Shown one piece after another: positions 18,128-29,229 of a stretch of 64,000 bases of DNA. Made by a program: the position numbers and the translations under genes. Under the pieces are notes generated by a model. It saw only the letters and a list, made by a program, of their open reading frames with translations, did not search any database and was not told the DNA's origin. The DNA lies in IMG/VR virus record IMGVR_UViG_3300029286_000020, positions 27,549-91,548 of that record. The stretch is one strand, 5' to 3'. How positions within the stretch are numbered: position 1 is the first letter of the stretch; every line of letters begins with the position of its first letter. The stretch comes from a virus.

Positions 18128-20187
18128 CCGCGACCTCCTGTGCTGCTTCCTCGGAAGAAAGGCAACGGTTCCCAGCGTTCGGCGCCTGCGCCTGCATGTC
18201 CGCCTCCGACCTGTCCTTGGTACTGGTCCGTCATCCAAGAGTCTCCCCCTGTAGCGGATTGGCGAAGAATCGGAAGCGGGGTCGTGAGTTGCTGCTGCCC
18301 CAGCGTCCACAGCACACCGGCGAGGGCGTCCGCGCAGTCCTTGGAGCCTCGGACCGGGTGATCGATCTTCCGACGCCGGTAGTCCCGCTGCAGCTGCCGA
18401 AGCTCGGTCTGGAGGGTGGCGTGCTCGTACATGAACACCCGGTCCTCGTAGAACGCTGTTTTGAGGGCCTCGTAGGGTTCCGTGCTGGTGTCGACTGAGA
18501 CGATTTTGGCGTTGAAGCCCTTCTGATTGAGCTGCTGCACCAAGTCCGTCGACTGGTAGGAGTCCGTCGAGACAGACGTGATGGTGTAGCCGTGTTGTGC
18601 CAGCTCGTAGATGAGGCGCCGCACGTCGCCGAGGATGATTTCGTCTCCGGGCGGCGGAGTCACTCGAAGCATCAGGTCGACCACGAAGACGGGGGCCCGC
18701 TCCAGATGCTGCTCACCGTTCGGGCCCCGGCGGACCACATCTCGAAAACTACCGATGTGCGCCATGCAGAGGCCCAGCGCGTCGTGTCGCAGCCCGATGT
18801 CGATGTGAACGTGGCGCATCGCGTTGGGGTTGATGATGGGTCTCATCATGTCCGTCTGGCCGCGCATCGAAGGGTCCGGCGTGAGCCGGACGGCCTTCTC
18901 CCATACGAATTGACCGCCCTTCGACGGGTCGTACTCCGGCTTTGAGAAGAAGTGCCGGTCGGCACCGTATGTCTTCTTGTCCTGCTCGACGGCATCCACC
19001 AACTTCTCACGTCTTTGTATAAATGGACTGACGCTTACAACGCTGCACCCAGCTATATCTTTTATACTGCCCTCAAGATCGCGCTCGAAGTCAAGTTTGA
19101 AGTCCTCGGGGACACCGATGATGAGCGTTCCATCTGGGAGTGACGGACGGATGCGGTCCGCCTCGCCCGGATCGAGAATCTTTGATGGGATCGTCTCATT
19201 GCCGACGAGCACATGAAACTTGTCGACGGAGTAGTAGTCCTCGGGCTTGATCTCCCAGAGCGCGTAGTCGCGGACGAACAGGGTGGGGTCGTCGCGCGCT
19301 TCCTTCAGGCGGCGGCTGACGAAGTCTTCGTGGGTCGTCTTCGATGATGCAATGAAGAGGATGCCCGGGAGCTTCCCTGCCTTCTCAAAACGAGACTTCA
19401 TACGTCGCTTGAGCGAGGAGTAGATGAGGTCGGCGTGGTCGACGACGCCTGCTGCAGCAGAGTACTTCCCGCGCTTCGGCAAGAAGTTACCTTCGTCCAT
19501 GAAGGCGCTGATGACGTTGAGACCGAGAGCCGAGGTGTCAGTCGTGGCGCGAGGAGCCACCCACACGTTGTGAGGGAACCGCAACTCCTTCTTCGTCGCA
19601 GAGAAGGGGAAGTTCTGCATGAAGTACGGCGACGCCGTGATCTTCGTCTTGATGTTCTCGAACACGACCTTGGTCGCCAGTTCCTCATTCACCGAGAAGC
19701 AGGCGAGCGTGATGTTCGTGTCCTTGGCGAGGCCGAAAGTCTTGTGAGGGTCTTTGAGGCATGAGATTTCGTAGAGCACGCGCGCGATACCGATCGTGCA
19801 GACGAAGGTTTTTCCGATGCCGATTGCCCCGGTGATGATGCATTCGTTGTAGCCGCCTGAGAACAGGTCCACGAGGTCGTCGAGGAACTTCGGGTAGAGC
19901 GAGTCGCAGGTGTTCCCCAAGAAGTTCGGGTCTTTGATGAAGGTCCGCATGTCGACTGGCGGCGTCTTGTACTCAGCTGCCGACAGGGCGGCGAGCAGGT
20001 TCGGTTGAGCAGGCTGGAACTGCGTCGCTGCTGACCCGGTCGGGGTCGGGAGGTGGAAGTCCTGCAGGATAATGCGCAGGGCCTCGCGCTCCTCTGGGGT
20101 GAGCGTCGACATCTCCTTCTTCAGCGACTCGTCCAACTCCGAAGCTGTGCGGACGCTGACAGTTCGGCCTTCACGGGTTACAAGCAT
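18124..20187 (-). CDS. Terminase large subunit
   Basis: Walker A GAIGIGKT, Walker B AFMDE, nuclease HIDIG...D, DHP..GSKDCADA. Confidence 0.9.
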   Translation of the reverse strand: MLVTREGRTVSVRTASELDESLKKEMSTLTPEEREALRIILQDFHLPTPTGSAATQFQPAQPNLLAALSAAEYKTPPVDMRTFIKDPNFLGNTCDSLYPKFLDDLVDLFSGGYNECIITGAIGIGKTFVCTIGIARVLYEISCLKDPHKTFGLAKDTNITLACFSVNEELATKVVFENIKTKITASPYFMQNFPFSATKKELRFPHNVWVAPRATTDTSALGLNVISAFMDEGNFLPKRGKYSAAAGVVDHADLIYSSLKRRMKSRFEKAGKLPGILFIASSKTTHEDFVSRRLKEARDDPTLFVRDYALWEIKPEDYYSVDKFHVLVGNETIPSKILDPGEADRIRPSLPDGTLIIGVPEDFKLDFERDLEGSIKDIAGCSVVSVSPFIQRREKLVDAVEQDKKTYGADRHFFSKPEYDPSKGGQFVWEKAVRLTPDPSMRGQTDMMRPIINPNAMRHVHIDIGLRHDALGLCMAHIGSFRDVVRRGPNGEQHLERAPVFVVDLMLRVTPPPGDEIILGDVRRLIYELAQHGYTITSVSTDSYQSTDLVQQLNQKGFNAKIVSVDTSTEPYEALKTAFYEDRVFMYEHATLQTELRQLQRDYRRRKIDHPVRGSKDCADALAGVLWTLGQQQLTTPLPILRQSATGGDSWMTDQYQGQVGGGHAGAGAERWEPLPFFRGSSTGGRG

Positions 20188-20190
20188 CTT

Positions 20191-20949
20191 TCAGTCCTTC
20201 GACGTGTCGTTCATGTCGATGAGGTCACCGGAAGGATCATTGGACAGTTCGTCCATCTCCCCCGCGAATTCAGGGTTGCGATCGGACCGCTCCGCGATGG
20301 AAAGCAGCCGCTCGGCGATGGCGAGCACTTTGCGTCGAGACTCAGAACTGTCGAGCACCTTGACCACTCCGGGGTTGTCGGCGTAGCGGGTTGCGACGTC
20401 AGCCATGAGAGTCGCAGCGACACTCACAGTCCCAAGTTTTCGGTCGTTGATGCCGAGGTCCATCTTCAGTTGGGCCGCAGAGGCAAGGATCTCACGAGCG
20501 GTTCGGATTTCCTGTGTCATCGACGGCAGCAGCTTCTTGATGTTCTGCTCGGTCTTGAAGTCGATGGCGACCCGGTCCATCTGGATCTTGTAGAGACGGT
20601 GCATCTCCTCCAGTTCGTTGAGCCCGGCCTTCACCTCTGCAACCGACTTCTCAAACACGACGTTCAGAGGCCCCGCGCGCTGGGTCGCCGGGATGGACAT
20701 CCGGTACTCCGTGAGGAGGTTGACCAGCGAAGCCGGGGTCATGTTGGTCATCTCGTTGCGTTCGTCCTGCACCCACGCAGCCACAATCCGTCCCGAAACA
20801 CCCTCTTCCACCAGCTTCTTGTGCAGTTCCTTGAAGCACTTGAGGTTCCGCAACGACGCGAAGTTCGTCGATCGGCTCACGGGGCGGATTCGACCGCCCT
20901 TCTTCGGCAGAGCGCTCTTCGGCGCCGCGTCCTTCTTGGGTTCGCTCAT
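20191..20949 (-). CDS. Putative terminase small subunit
   Basis: Helical 252-aa ORF immediately upstream of TerL (positional inference). Confidence 0.5.
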   Translation of the reverse strand: MSEPKKDAAPKSALPKKGGRIRPVSRSTNFASLRNLKCFKELHKKLVEEGVSGRIVAAWVQDERNEMTNMTPASLVNLLTEYRMSIPATQRAGPLNVVFEKSVAEVKAGLNELEEMHRLYKIQMDRVAIDFKTEQNIKKLLPSMTQEIRTAREILASAAQLKMDLGINDRKLGTVSVAATLMADVATRYADNPGVVKVLDSSESRRKVLAIAERLLSIAERSDRNPEFAGEMDELSNDPSGDLIDMNDTSKD

Positions 20950-20999
20950 GCAAGTACCCTAACAGGATGGAAGGGCTGTCAACAACGGGGGAACTGGTT

Positions 21000-22838
21000 T
21001 CATTTGCTTCCCCAACTTTGGCCCCCGCCGACTTCCGCGCGCGTCGGGACGGACGGAAGCATTGGAGCGATGCCTTCGATCATGCCGTCGTGCAGCTCCT
21101 GCCGAACGTGAATTTCCAGTTCAGGATCCTCGTCGTGTTCGCAGACGATCTCGTCGTGGACCATATGGACCGGCGCGCACTTCGCCCCCTTACCGAGAAG
21201 GGGCGTTCGCCCTGCAAGCTTCTTCATACGGTCGTAGACGTTGCGGATGGCAACCTTGAGGCCGTCGGCCCCAGTGCCTTGGATGGGGCTGTTGTAGAAC
21301 TCGTTGTGTGCCTTCTCATCCTTGATGATGCGTCGACGACCCCAAGCCGTCCGGGTCTCGCGCTGACGCTTGCCTGAGTCCATCGCCAACCGATGCCACG
21401 AGTCGATCCCCGCGTATGCCTCGAAGAAGCGTCGGCGGAACGTGCGGGCTTGGTTCTCCGTGAACGACACCCCGTAGCCCTGCTTCGCGTACATCACAAG
21501 GCGAGCGGCCTGCATCCCGTAGATGAAGCCGAAGTTGACCGGCTTGGCTTGCTGGCGTTCGGCCTTCACGATCTCCGACTCAGGCTTGCCGGTCACGAGG
21601 GACGCCGTCGCGTAGTGAGCATCGCGGTCGTCTCGGAACACCTTGATGAGCACCGGATCCTTGGAGATCTCGGCAACAATCCGCATCTCGATGTTGCTCC
21701 AATCGCAGATGGCCAAGGTTCTACCGGGCTCGGCCCTGAAGCAGTCTCGAAAGGCACCCCCACGAGGTACTTGCTGGAGGTTCGGTCCTCGATTCGCGTA
21801 GCGCCCCGTGTCTGTGAAAGGGAAGTACGACGAGTGGATGCGACCCGACGTCGGGTGGATATTCTTCAGGTACTCCTCGCCGAACGCCTTCACCGACTGC
21901 GCATAACCTCGGTACTCGATGAACTCTTTGAGGATTGGCCAGCGGTCAGCCTCCATAGCCAGCGTCATCTCCTTCGTGTCCATCAAAGGGACTGTCTTCG
22001 TCAGCCCGGTCTCCGGGTCTTTCCACTTCTGCTTCACTCCCAGCATGTGGAAGGACCGAAGGATCTGGTCGGTAGAGTCGAGGTTGAAGCTGGCAGGACC
22101 GAAGAGGCCCAACTGGTTCGATGGGTTCGGGAGCTTGGAAAGCAAGCTTGCCCGCAGCCGCTCCAGCTGAACCCGGTCCGATGCTGTCCGCGTGAGCCAC
22201 ATATCTTTGTTGAGGAAGAACCCGTTCAGCTCCATGCACGCTTCGGGGAGAACCGCATTGAACTCCAGCTGTGCAATCTTCACCAGCCGCGCATCGACGA
22301 TCTTTTTCTTGAGGACGTCGCGGAGCCGGGGAAGCTTGTCGATGTCGTCTGCGGCGTAGTCAAGCTGTCGCTGTGTCAGCGTCCCGTCCCAATCGGAACC
22401 GCCGAGGTCTTCGACGGTCGCGGCTTCGCCCAGCTCGCGCTTGTAGAGGCTCCACAGGTCGTGCTTCAGCCCGGGGAGGCCCGCGTAGATGATGCTCGAC
22501 GCGCGCAGGGTGTCGAACAGCTTCCCGATCTCCAGATCGAAGTGCCAGAGCAGCCACTTCTGGTCGAACTTCATGTTCTGACCGACCGTGACGCCCTTGG
22601 TCCGCCTGAAGGCATCCAAAACGGGGCCGAGCGTCTTCGTCTTGTAGAGGTCAATAAGGTAGAGACCCTGTCCGGTGTTGACCGAGAACAGGCGTGGACG
22701 CCCTGTCAGGGGGTCGAAGCTACCCCCACCGCCGATCTTTGCGGTTTCCAGATCGAGCCCGATGACATCGGCACTCTCAATTTCACGAGCAATAGCGGCG
22801 AGCAAATGCTCATCAGTGACGACGGTGTACGGGCGCAA
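21000..22838 (-). CDS. polA: Family A DNA polymerase with 3'-5' exonuclease
   Basis: ExoI DLET, QNMKFD, YAADD; TGR...PNLQQ; motif A DWSNIEMR, motif B RQQAKPVNFGFIYG, motif C VHDE. Confidence 0.95.
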   Translation of the reverse strand: MRPYTVVTDEHLLAAIAREIESADVIGLDLETAKIGGGGSFDPLTGRPRLFSVNTGQGLYLIDLYKTKTLGPVLDAFRRTKGVTVGQNMKFDQKWLLWHFDLEIGKLFDTLRASSIIYAGLPGLKHDLWSLYKRELGEAATVEDLGGSDWDGTLTQRQLDYAADDIDKLPRLRDVLKKKIVDARLVKIAQLEFNAVLPEACMELNGFFLNKDMWLTRTASDRVQLERLRASLLSKLPNPSNQLGLFGPASFNLDSTDQILRSFHMLGVKQKWKDPETGLTKTVPLMDTKEMTLAMEADRWPILKEFIEYRGYAQSVKAFGEEYLKNIHPTSGRIHSSYFPFTDTGRYANRGPNLQQVPRGGAFRDCFRAEPGRTLAICDWSNIEMRIVAEISKDPVLIKVFRDDRDAHYATASLVTGKPESEIVKAERQQAKPVNFGFIYGMQAARLVMYAKQGYGVSFTENQARTFRRRFFEAYAGIDSWHRLAMDSGKRQRETRTAWGRRRIIKDEKAHNEFYNSPIQGTGADGLKVAIRNVYDRMKKLAGRTPLLGKGAKCAPVHMVHDEIVCEHDEDPELEIHVRQELHDGMIEGIAPMLPSVPTRAEVGGGQSWGSK

Positions 22839-22895
22839 GTTGTTCTCCCATGAAAGGGCACTGCGCGCTTCGTAACACAGATCTTCGACGGACCG

Positions 22896-24350
22896 TTAGC
22901 CCTGCTTTGACTCAGGGACAGCATCGATGCCCGGGTCTTCAGTTCCTTCACCCGGCTTGAACGTCGGAGCCGTCTTTGCCAGCTGTTCAGCCTCCCACTT
23001 GGTCGCTGCAGCGTAGAGTGCGAGCAGAGCCTCGGCGGTCATCGGCTTCTTCATCGACTCCTCCATCCAGTTCGGGTTGCCGACCGTGTCGTTCCCCGCC
23101 TGAGCAAACATCTGCTTCGGAGCAGTCGGATCCGTCACGTTAACAACAATCGCCGATGAGGCTTCAGGGGCCAGTTCAGCGAACGACGCAGGCAGCTTGA
23201 TGCGGGCGGCTGGGAAGATTTCCGGTTTCACGAAGCGTCCGAAGCGCACCCCTCGGTCTTCGGCCCTGATCCGGACCGCATCCAAGCCTGTCATATCGTC
23301 GGTGTCGCGAACATGGGCGAGGACGAGTTTGACGTCGTAGCCCTTCGATCGAGCCTCCTTGATGACACCCTTGTAGTAGGCCGTCGATGTGCCCACCCCG
23401 TCGAGCAGGAAGGGGTAGTACTCCCCGGGGCTATCAGGGTCTTCCGACATCGCGAGGTCAATGGCAGTGTCGTTGAGGTTCGATACCTCGCTGTGCGTGA
23501 TGATGGCACCGTTGCGGGCCTTCGTCGCCACCGCCGCTTGGTATTCCGGCAGCTTGGTGCGGTGCGCGTCCGCGTCGAGCACAGCCAGTTCGTCGGGGTT
23601 CTCCGCGAGGTAGCGCGCCAGCGTGCTCTTCCCGCTGGCTGGCATGCCCATCGTGATGACCGCTACAGGATTCCGCACGCGCTTCTTCCCTCGGAAGACG
23701 TCGTCCAGAATCGTTTTGTGCAGACGTTGGCGCTCTGAGGTCAGGACTCCGTCAGGCGTAGTGTGCGCCTTGAGCGTGTCCGTTGGCAGGTCTGGGTTGG
23801 CGTCGGTCCACTCCATCCCCGCACCGAGATGTAGCCACGATCCGTTCGGCTGTTTCTTGAACCAAGAGTCGCGCGACGCCCAGAAGTGAACCGTACCGAC
23901 CGGAGCTTCCTCCCCTCGGGCCTCGTCGAAGTCGAACACGACGGGGGTGACACTCTCGTTCTGGGCGCTTGGAGGCCCGTACTCCTGCGCGTAGGTCTCT
24001 GGCACCTCTGCGGCGTGCAACACAAGGTAGACGTCGCCCTGAGTTTTCAAAGAGGCCAGAGTCGCGTCGGAGAGACCGAACCGATCAGGGTGCTGTCGAA
24101 CCATGTCCACGGTGACTGGGGTGAATGTGAGCTGGTTTCCGTCGGCACTGATCGCCGTAACCACGCCGTCAGGATGCTTCTTCAGGTCCCGCATTGGGAT
24201 GTCGAAGTCAGTCTTCGGTGCTTCGTCAGATTGCCAGAAGTGCCAGACACTGAGCCCAGCCTCGGTTCCCCGGTCGGAGGCCCCGCTCAAAACAAGCCGA
24301 TCCAACCAGTCGCCAGACGTCAGCCAATAGGACGTGAAGTAGTCGAACAT
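22896..24350 (-). CDS. Zeta-toxin-like P-loop kinase with unknown N-terminal domain
   Basis: GMPASGKST, LDADAHRTKLPEY, HSE, LLDG, GYDV, R...R...GRFV motif series. Confidence 0.8.
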   Translation of the reverse strand: MFDYFTSYWLTSGDWLDRLVLSGASDRGTEAGLSVWHFWQSDEAPKTDFDIPMRDLKKHPDGVVTAISADGNQLTFTPVTVDMVRQHPDRFGLSDATLASLKTQGDVYLVLHAAEVPETYAQEYGPPSAQNESVTPVVFDFDEARGEEAPVGTVHFWASRDSWFKKQPNGSWLHLGAGMEWTDANPDLPTDTLKAHTTPDGVLTSERQRLHKTILDDVFRGKKRVRNPVAVITMGMPASGKSTLARYLAENPDELAVLDADAHRTKLPEYQAAVATKARNGAIITHSEVSNLNDTAIDLAMSEDPDSPGEYYPFLLDGVGTSTAYYKGVIKEARSKGYDVKLVLAHVRDTDDMTGLDAVRIRAEDRGVRFGRFVKPEIFPAARIKLPASFAELAPEASSAIVVNVTDPTAPKQMFAQAGNDTVGNPNWMEESMKKPMTAEALLALYAAATKWEAEQLAKTAPTFKPGEGTEDPGIDAVPESKQG

Positions 24351-27300
24351 CAGTAGCCCGCCGGTTTCAAGTGGTCCGTGTAGAAATCATCCGAGTGGAC
24401 CACAAGGTCTTCGACCGGCATGCCATTGAAGTCCGTCACACCGGCTGCCTTCAACCCAGCGATGACTTGATTCCGGGCGGTCGCCGACTGCGTTCGGATC
24501 TTGATGACCTTGTTCGGGCTGAAGCCGTGGCGAAACATCATCTCTGTCTTGCCCTGCGTACTGGAACTTTCGAGAGGTTGGCGATTGTCGAAGGGTGTCC
24601 CAGACGTCTTTCCGTAGTTGTCGCCGCTATGCGTAAACACGTCCAAGCGGTCCAGTTCACTCGGGTCAACAACCATCTGAATTTCACCCCACGCGAAGTC
24701 TTTGTTGTCCTCCAATCCGGGCTTGGTGAACAGGTAGTCCGCGCCGCCAGTATTGATGTCGGCGGACCCACTGGTCGTCCCTGACGTTGGGATGCCGAGC
24801 TGCAAGCGGTCACCGACTGCAATGGACCCGCTGAGAAGGTGTTTCACCACCTTGTCGACGCTGCCAAAGCCGTGACGGACGTACTTCATCTTCGGATTGG
24901 CTGCCAAAATCTTCTTCGACCTCCCGGGAAGCACCGGCACCACGCGTCCATTGAAGCCGACCTTCTCCAAGCGGATCGAGTTCAACTCCGCGTCCGTGTA
25001 GCCATTCTTCTTCAAGATGGCGCGCAGGTTTTCCGATGTCCGCCCCTTCTCAGGGAGAGAGTTGGACAGTTGAGGAGCGACGGCCCACAGCATGGAGGAG
25101 AGTTTCATGACGTCCAGATCGTCCTTCGACGGTGGAGTCATCACAGCCTTGCCAACTGCAGGGTTGGCCGTAATCAACAGCCCTTCGAGGGCGTCCTCCA
25201 CGGACTGCCCAGCTTTCGGATACACGTCCGCAACAACCATCCCAAGGAACGTGCGTTGTCCGTTTTCGCCTGTTCCCATAGACAGCTGACTGTCTCCGCT
25301 GGTCCACTTCCTCGTCTCAAACGTGCCGCCAGACAGTTTTCCACCGCTCTCGACCCAAGTGTCGGTCGCAGGGTCGTAAGACATCTTCGGGTAATCGAAC
25401 TCGCTCGCGGTCCCTCCGGTCATCTTATTCTGTGCCGCTTCACGCAGCTTGAAGGACACGCGGTAGAACGTCTTGCCCTTCGCGTCCTTGTGACGCTGCA
25501 CCATCATTGAGTTGTGCTCGACCATGTTGCCGTCGGCGATCATGACCTTTCCGAGCGACAGCTTGGCTTTCTCGATGTTCTTGATGAGAGCGACTGTCTC
25601 CTTCTGCTCGTCAAGCACAACGTTCTTGAGGACACCGGGCTTGGGCACCACCGTGCCTTTGCCCGATGGCGGAGGCGCCGCCGGAGGGAGGTCGACCAGA
25701 ACACTGATGTTCTTGCCAGACGCCTGCCCTTTGGCCAGTTCAGTCTTCGGCATCATGGCAATGACGAATTCGCCCTTCACCTTCAGGCTCAGCGGCGTCA
25801 AGCCGAGTTGCTTCAGGGACTCCTCAGCTTCAGATAGCGTCAGGTTCTTCAGCTTGACGATGACGTTCTCAGAGGCGCCGTCAGGGGCGCCGTCGGGGCC
25901 CTTCGGTGGCTTGGTCTTGTAGAAGTTGCCGTCTGGCCCGGTCGAGAAGAAGGTACTTCCCGACTTGACACTCCACATCTTGCCCTTCGGCGGATCCGAG
26001 TATCCCCACGGATTCGGCGGAGCGACCGGAGCGACCGGAGCCTGTGCGTTTGCAGGGCTGTAGAGGTCTACGCCGGAAGCACCGAGTTTTCCTGTCTTGG
26101 TCACGTCAACTTCGAGTTGAGGCTGGACGCCTGAGACAGGCGCTGCCGGGGGAGCCGCAGGTGCCGTGACACCCGTCCCGTCGTCCCAACCACCTGCAAA
26201 CGTGAAGGTGCCCTTCTTCTTCGTTCGCTTCGCGTAGAGCCCGCCGATGAACGACTCGAAGTCCTTGCGGATGTTCTGCTTGCGCGCGAGCGCAAGGTCG
26301 AGGAACTCCGCGACCTTCTTCGGGTCGTCTTTGAACTTGGCCTCGCTGGCAAACTTCGAGAGAAGTTGCGTGTAGTCACTGTCGCTGATGGCTTCGATGC
26401 GCTCGATCGCACCAGTCATCTCCTTCGGGTCGAAGGACATCGAGCCGTCAGCGAACGCCTTCCAGAACTTGTTGTAGTAGGGTTCGTTTTCGACTTTGTT
26501 CGGGTGGTAGTCGATTGCGAGCTTGTCACCGTCAGCCGATTCGGCGGTGCCGGGCAGCATGAACTTGAAGCCCTGCTCCTTGTCGACGGAAAGTAGTGCC
26601 CCGTCAGGACGACGAACAAAGTTTGCTGCGTGCGTATCGTGCTGCGACATCAACCAGTCGAGGGCGTGCTCCTCAGCAACGTCCTTCCGCTCACTGTCCG
26701 TCAGAAGCGAAGGGTTCGTCCCTGCAGCGCCGAGAGGCGTGGCACCTGCCATCCAAGGCTGGATCGAGGCGGGGATGCCTTTGTAGCCTTCGGGGACATT
26801 GCCCACAGGAATAGACTTCCCGGGCCGAACGACGCTGGAGACCTGAGAGAACATCTCCTGCGCTGCGATGCGGAAAGGCTCGATCTTCGCCTTGTTCTTC
26901 GACCGGGCCAACTTGACGAGGTACTTCCCGTCCGGACCTGCGAAGAAGAACTTCTCGCCCGCTCCTCCAATACCAGAGGCTGCACCCTCCGGTACGAGAG
27001 AGCTGATGGACGGTAGCTGGGGCGGTGACAGGATACTGCCCATCGGAGGAACCGAGATCCCCCCGAGGTCTTTCTTCTTCTTCTTCCCCGCCTTTGTGGC
27101 GAGAGAGACCTTACCAGCCTCGAACTCGAACGTGTCGGTCATGCCGATGTCGCCGCGTTCCTGAAACACGCCGGTGAGGAAGGCTTCCAAGTCCTTCCTC
27201 ACGTTCTTCTTGCGCTTGAGGATCTCGTCCTTGAGCACAGTCAGCTCTTTCGGAGAGCCACCCTTGGCACCGAGGTAGGGACCGAGGTTCGCGAGCCAAG

Positions 27301-29188
27301 CATCGTCAGAGATGTCCTCGATCTTCTCGATTGCAGGAAGCATGGCGCTGACCGGCAGGTCAACTTTCTTCTTCTTGAAGAGGTCGAACAGCGCTCCGTA
27401 AATCAGAGGTGATGGGTTCGGCTTGTACGTCGTGTCGAGGCTGTCTTTGCCGATGAACTTGAGAGCTTGATCCTTGTCAATCCCAACAACGTTGCCGTCA
27501 TTGGTGAGCATGAAGTTCGCAGCCTTCGCGTCGTGACTGGCAAGGGCCCAGTCAAGGACGCGCTCCTTCATCAGCCGCGCGAGTTGGTCGGGAGTCAACG
27601 TCGTCAGGTCAACCTTGCTGAGGTCGGTCTTGATGTTCGGGATCATCGGCTGAACGGATCCTGATCCAACACCGCTCACAGTTCCAACAGCAACAGGGAT
27701 GGCGCCTTCCGCGCCGAAAACCTTGGCAGCGATATTCGCGTAGGCAGCAGCGGCGAGCGCAGGAGCATTCGCGCCCGTTTTGAAGAGGAAGGTGTTTCCT
27801 GCTGCATCTTTGACGAACTGCTTTGGATGCGCTCCACCCAACGAAGCCTTTGCGTCACCGACGAGAGACAAGGTCGTCAGAGGCGGGATGGCAGGCAAGC
27901 CCAGACCTCCCGATGTGACGGGAGCGGTCTGGGTTGCGGTCGGTGTCGTTGTGGTGGGAGCAGGCGGGGCTGCCCGGGGAGTCTTAGGCCCCTTGAGGAT
28001 GACAACCACCCTGAACGCTTGTCCGACAAGGGCGGATGTGTCGGCAGCGTGAATGCCGTCGAGCCACCACTTCCCACCGATCTTCTCGAAGGTGAACCCT
28101 TTGGGGTTCTGAATCGTGACGCCTTCCTGCCCATTGTTCAGGTCCGCAAGGTTGAAGGTCACGAAACCGGGCGGGGCCGGAGAGGTGGCAGGAGGCGTCG
28201 GAAGAGAGATTGCGGCCACAGGGGCAGGGGTCGGAAGCGGGACCGGAGCTGCAGGAGCAGGAGCCGGTGTCAGCATTGGTGATGCAGCCATCGGCTTGAA
28301 CTTCACAACGTCGATGTCGTCGTCGTCTTCGTCCGACGTGACATTGACGAGACCAGCTTTCTTGGCTGAGGCAATCGCCTTGTTGACCGTCTTCGCGGCT
28401 TTCGCAAAGTCGTCTTCGGAGGCGTCGTCACCCCCGGCCAAGGCAACAGTCGCGTCAACGTCGTTGCCGTGCTTGTGCAGCGACTCCAGCGCCTTGAACT
28501 CCATTGATCCGGGCGCGAAGTTTAGGATCTTCGCCGCGTTTGCAACCTCAGGCGCAACCGGGTTCAACCCGGGAACAGCGAAGCCAAGCGCAGCGGCCTG
28601 CGCCTTCCAGTTTGCTCCGTAGACCTTCAGCAGCACCGAAGTGACCTGTGGGTTCTTCAGCAGCTTGAGGTCGGTCGTCGGGTCTTGACCGAATTGGACC
28701 GCGTGAAGGTAGGCGTCCAGCGGAACAGACGCTGTTCCGCCGAGCGCAGCCTGCACATCAGCCTTCGTGATCGCCTGTGGCGACACAGGGGCGGCAGGAC
28801 CGGGGCTGGGCTGAGGTACCGGCGCCGATGCAGGCTGCAGGTCGTGGAGGGGCTCCGCCGCGCTCGACTGGCCTTCCTTCGTCAGCACGTCCTTCAGGGT
28901 CTTGTTCAGATCCTTCAGGATGAGGTCGGTCGCCGCCTTGTAATGCTTCGGGATCTCCCCGATGACTGTGTTCGCCAGAGGCGTCCCCGGCTCCGGGTCT
29001 ACAAGGTCGTCGATGTACTTGAAGACATTCGCGTGCTTGATGTGGACGGGAACGAGGCCGAGGCTCTTGTTCCCGTCCTTGTGTTTGTACGCGTAGACGA
29101 ACTTCGGAGTGATCCGAAACGCAGAGGCTTCCGCCAGAGCTACGGCTTCAAGCAGCGACATCGCCTGCTTCGGACTGGAGTCGGTCAT
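24350..29188 (-). CDS. 1612-aa polyvalent protein: two HipA/PI3K-like kinase domains plus a C-terminal putative ADP-ribosyltransferase-like domain
   Basis: GGAHPK..FLFK...LDWALASHDAKAANF...IDKDQ and GGAGEK..YLVK...LDWLMSQHDTHAANF...VDKEQ; C-terminal RH...GGADYLF...TEMMF; Pro/Ala linkers. Confidence 0.7.
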   Translation of the reverse strand: MTDSSPKQAMSLLEAVALAEASAFRITPKFVYAYKHKDGNKSLGLVPVHIKHANVFKYIDDLVDPEPGTPLANTVIGEIPKHYKAATDLILKDLNKTLKDVLTKEGQSSAAEPLHDLQPASAPVPQPSPGPAAPVSPQAITKADVQAALGGTASVPLDAYLHAVQFGQDPTTDLKLLKNPQVTSVLLKVYGANWKAQAAALGFAVPGLNPVAPEVANAAKILNFAPGSMEFKALESLHKHGNDVDATVALAGGDDASEDDFAKAAKTVNKAIASAKKAGLVNVTSDEDDDDIDVVKFKPMAASPMLTPAPAPAAPVPLPTPAPVAAISLPTPPATSPAPPGFVTFNLADLNNGQEGVTIQNPKGFTFEKIGGKWWLDGIHAADTSALVGQAFRVVVILKGPKTPRAAPPAPTTTTPTATQTAPVTSGGLGLPAIPPLTTLSLVGDAKASLGGAHPKQFVKDAAGNTFLFKTGANAPALAAAAYANIAAKVFGAEGAIPVAVGTVSGVGSGSVQPMIPNIKTDLSKVDLTTLTPDQLARLMKERVLDWALASHDAKAANFMLTNDGNVVGIDKDQALKFIGKDSLDTTYKPNPSPLIYGALFDLFKKKKVDLPVSAMLPAIEKIEDISDDAWLANLGPYLGAKGGSPKELTVLKDEILKRKKNVRKDLEAFLTGVFQERGDIGMTDTFEFEAGKVSLATKAGKKKKKDLGGISVPPMGSILSPPQLPSISSLVPEGAASGIGGAGEKFFFAGPDGKYLVKLARSKNKAKIEPFRIAAQEMFSQVSSVVRPGKSIPVGNVPEGYKGIPASIQPWMAGATPLGAAGTNPSLLTDSERKDVAEEHALDWLMSQHDTHAANFVRRPDGALLSVDKEQGFKFMLPGTAESADGDKLAIDYHPNKVENEPYYNKFWKAFADGSMSFDPKEMTGAIERIEAISDSDYTQLLSKFASEAKFKDDPKKVAEFLDLALARKQNIRKDFESFIGGLYAKRTKKKGTFTFAGGWDDGTGVTAPAAPPAAPVSGVQPQLEVDVTKTGKLGASGVDLYSPANAQAPVAPVAPPNPWGYSDPPKGKMWSVKSGSTFFSTGPDGNFYKTKPPKGPDGAPDGASENVIVKLKNLTLSEAEESLKQLGLTPLSLKVKGEFVIAMMPKTELAKGQASGKNISVLVDLPPAAPPPSGKGTVVPKPGVLKNVVLDEQKETVALIKNIEKAKLSLGKVMIADGNMVEHNSMMVQRHKDAKGKTFYRVSFKLREAAQNKMTGGTASEFDYPKMSYDPATDTWVESGGKLSGGTFETRKWTSGDSQLSMGTGENGQRTFLGMVVADVYPKAGQSVEDALEGLLITANPAVGKAVMTPPSKDDLDVMKLSSMLWAVAPQLSNSLPEKGRTSENLRAILKKNGYTDAELNSIRLEKVGFNGRVVPVLPGRSKKILAANPKMKYVRHGFGSVDKVVKHLLSGSIAVGDRLQLGIPTSGTTSGSADINTGGADYLFTKPGLEDNKDFAWGEIQMVVDPSELDRLDVFTHSGDNYGKTSGTPFDNRQPLESSSTQGKTEMMFRHGFSPNKVIKIRTQSATARNQVIAGLKAAGVTDFNGMPVEDLVVHSDDFYTDHLKPAGY

Positions 29189-29229
29189 GCGAGCCTCAGG
29201 CGAACGTGGTGAACGGAACCGTATGGTCC

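Noticed and set aside
18124-22838. Inteins or introns in TerL and PolA (also checked DnaB and RecA)
   Set aside because: Motifs are contiguous at normal spacing; no intein boundary signatures noticed.
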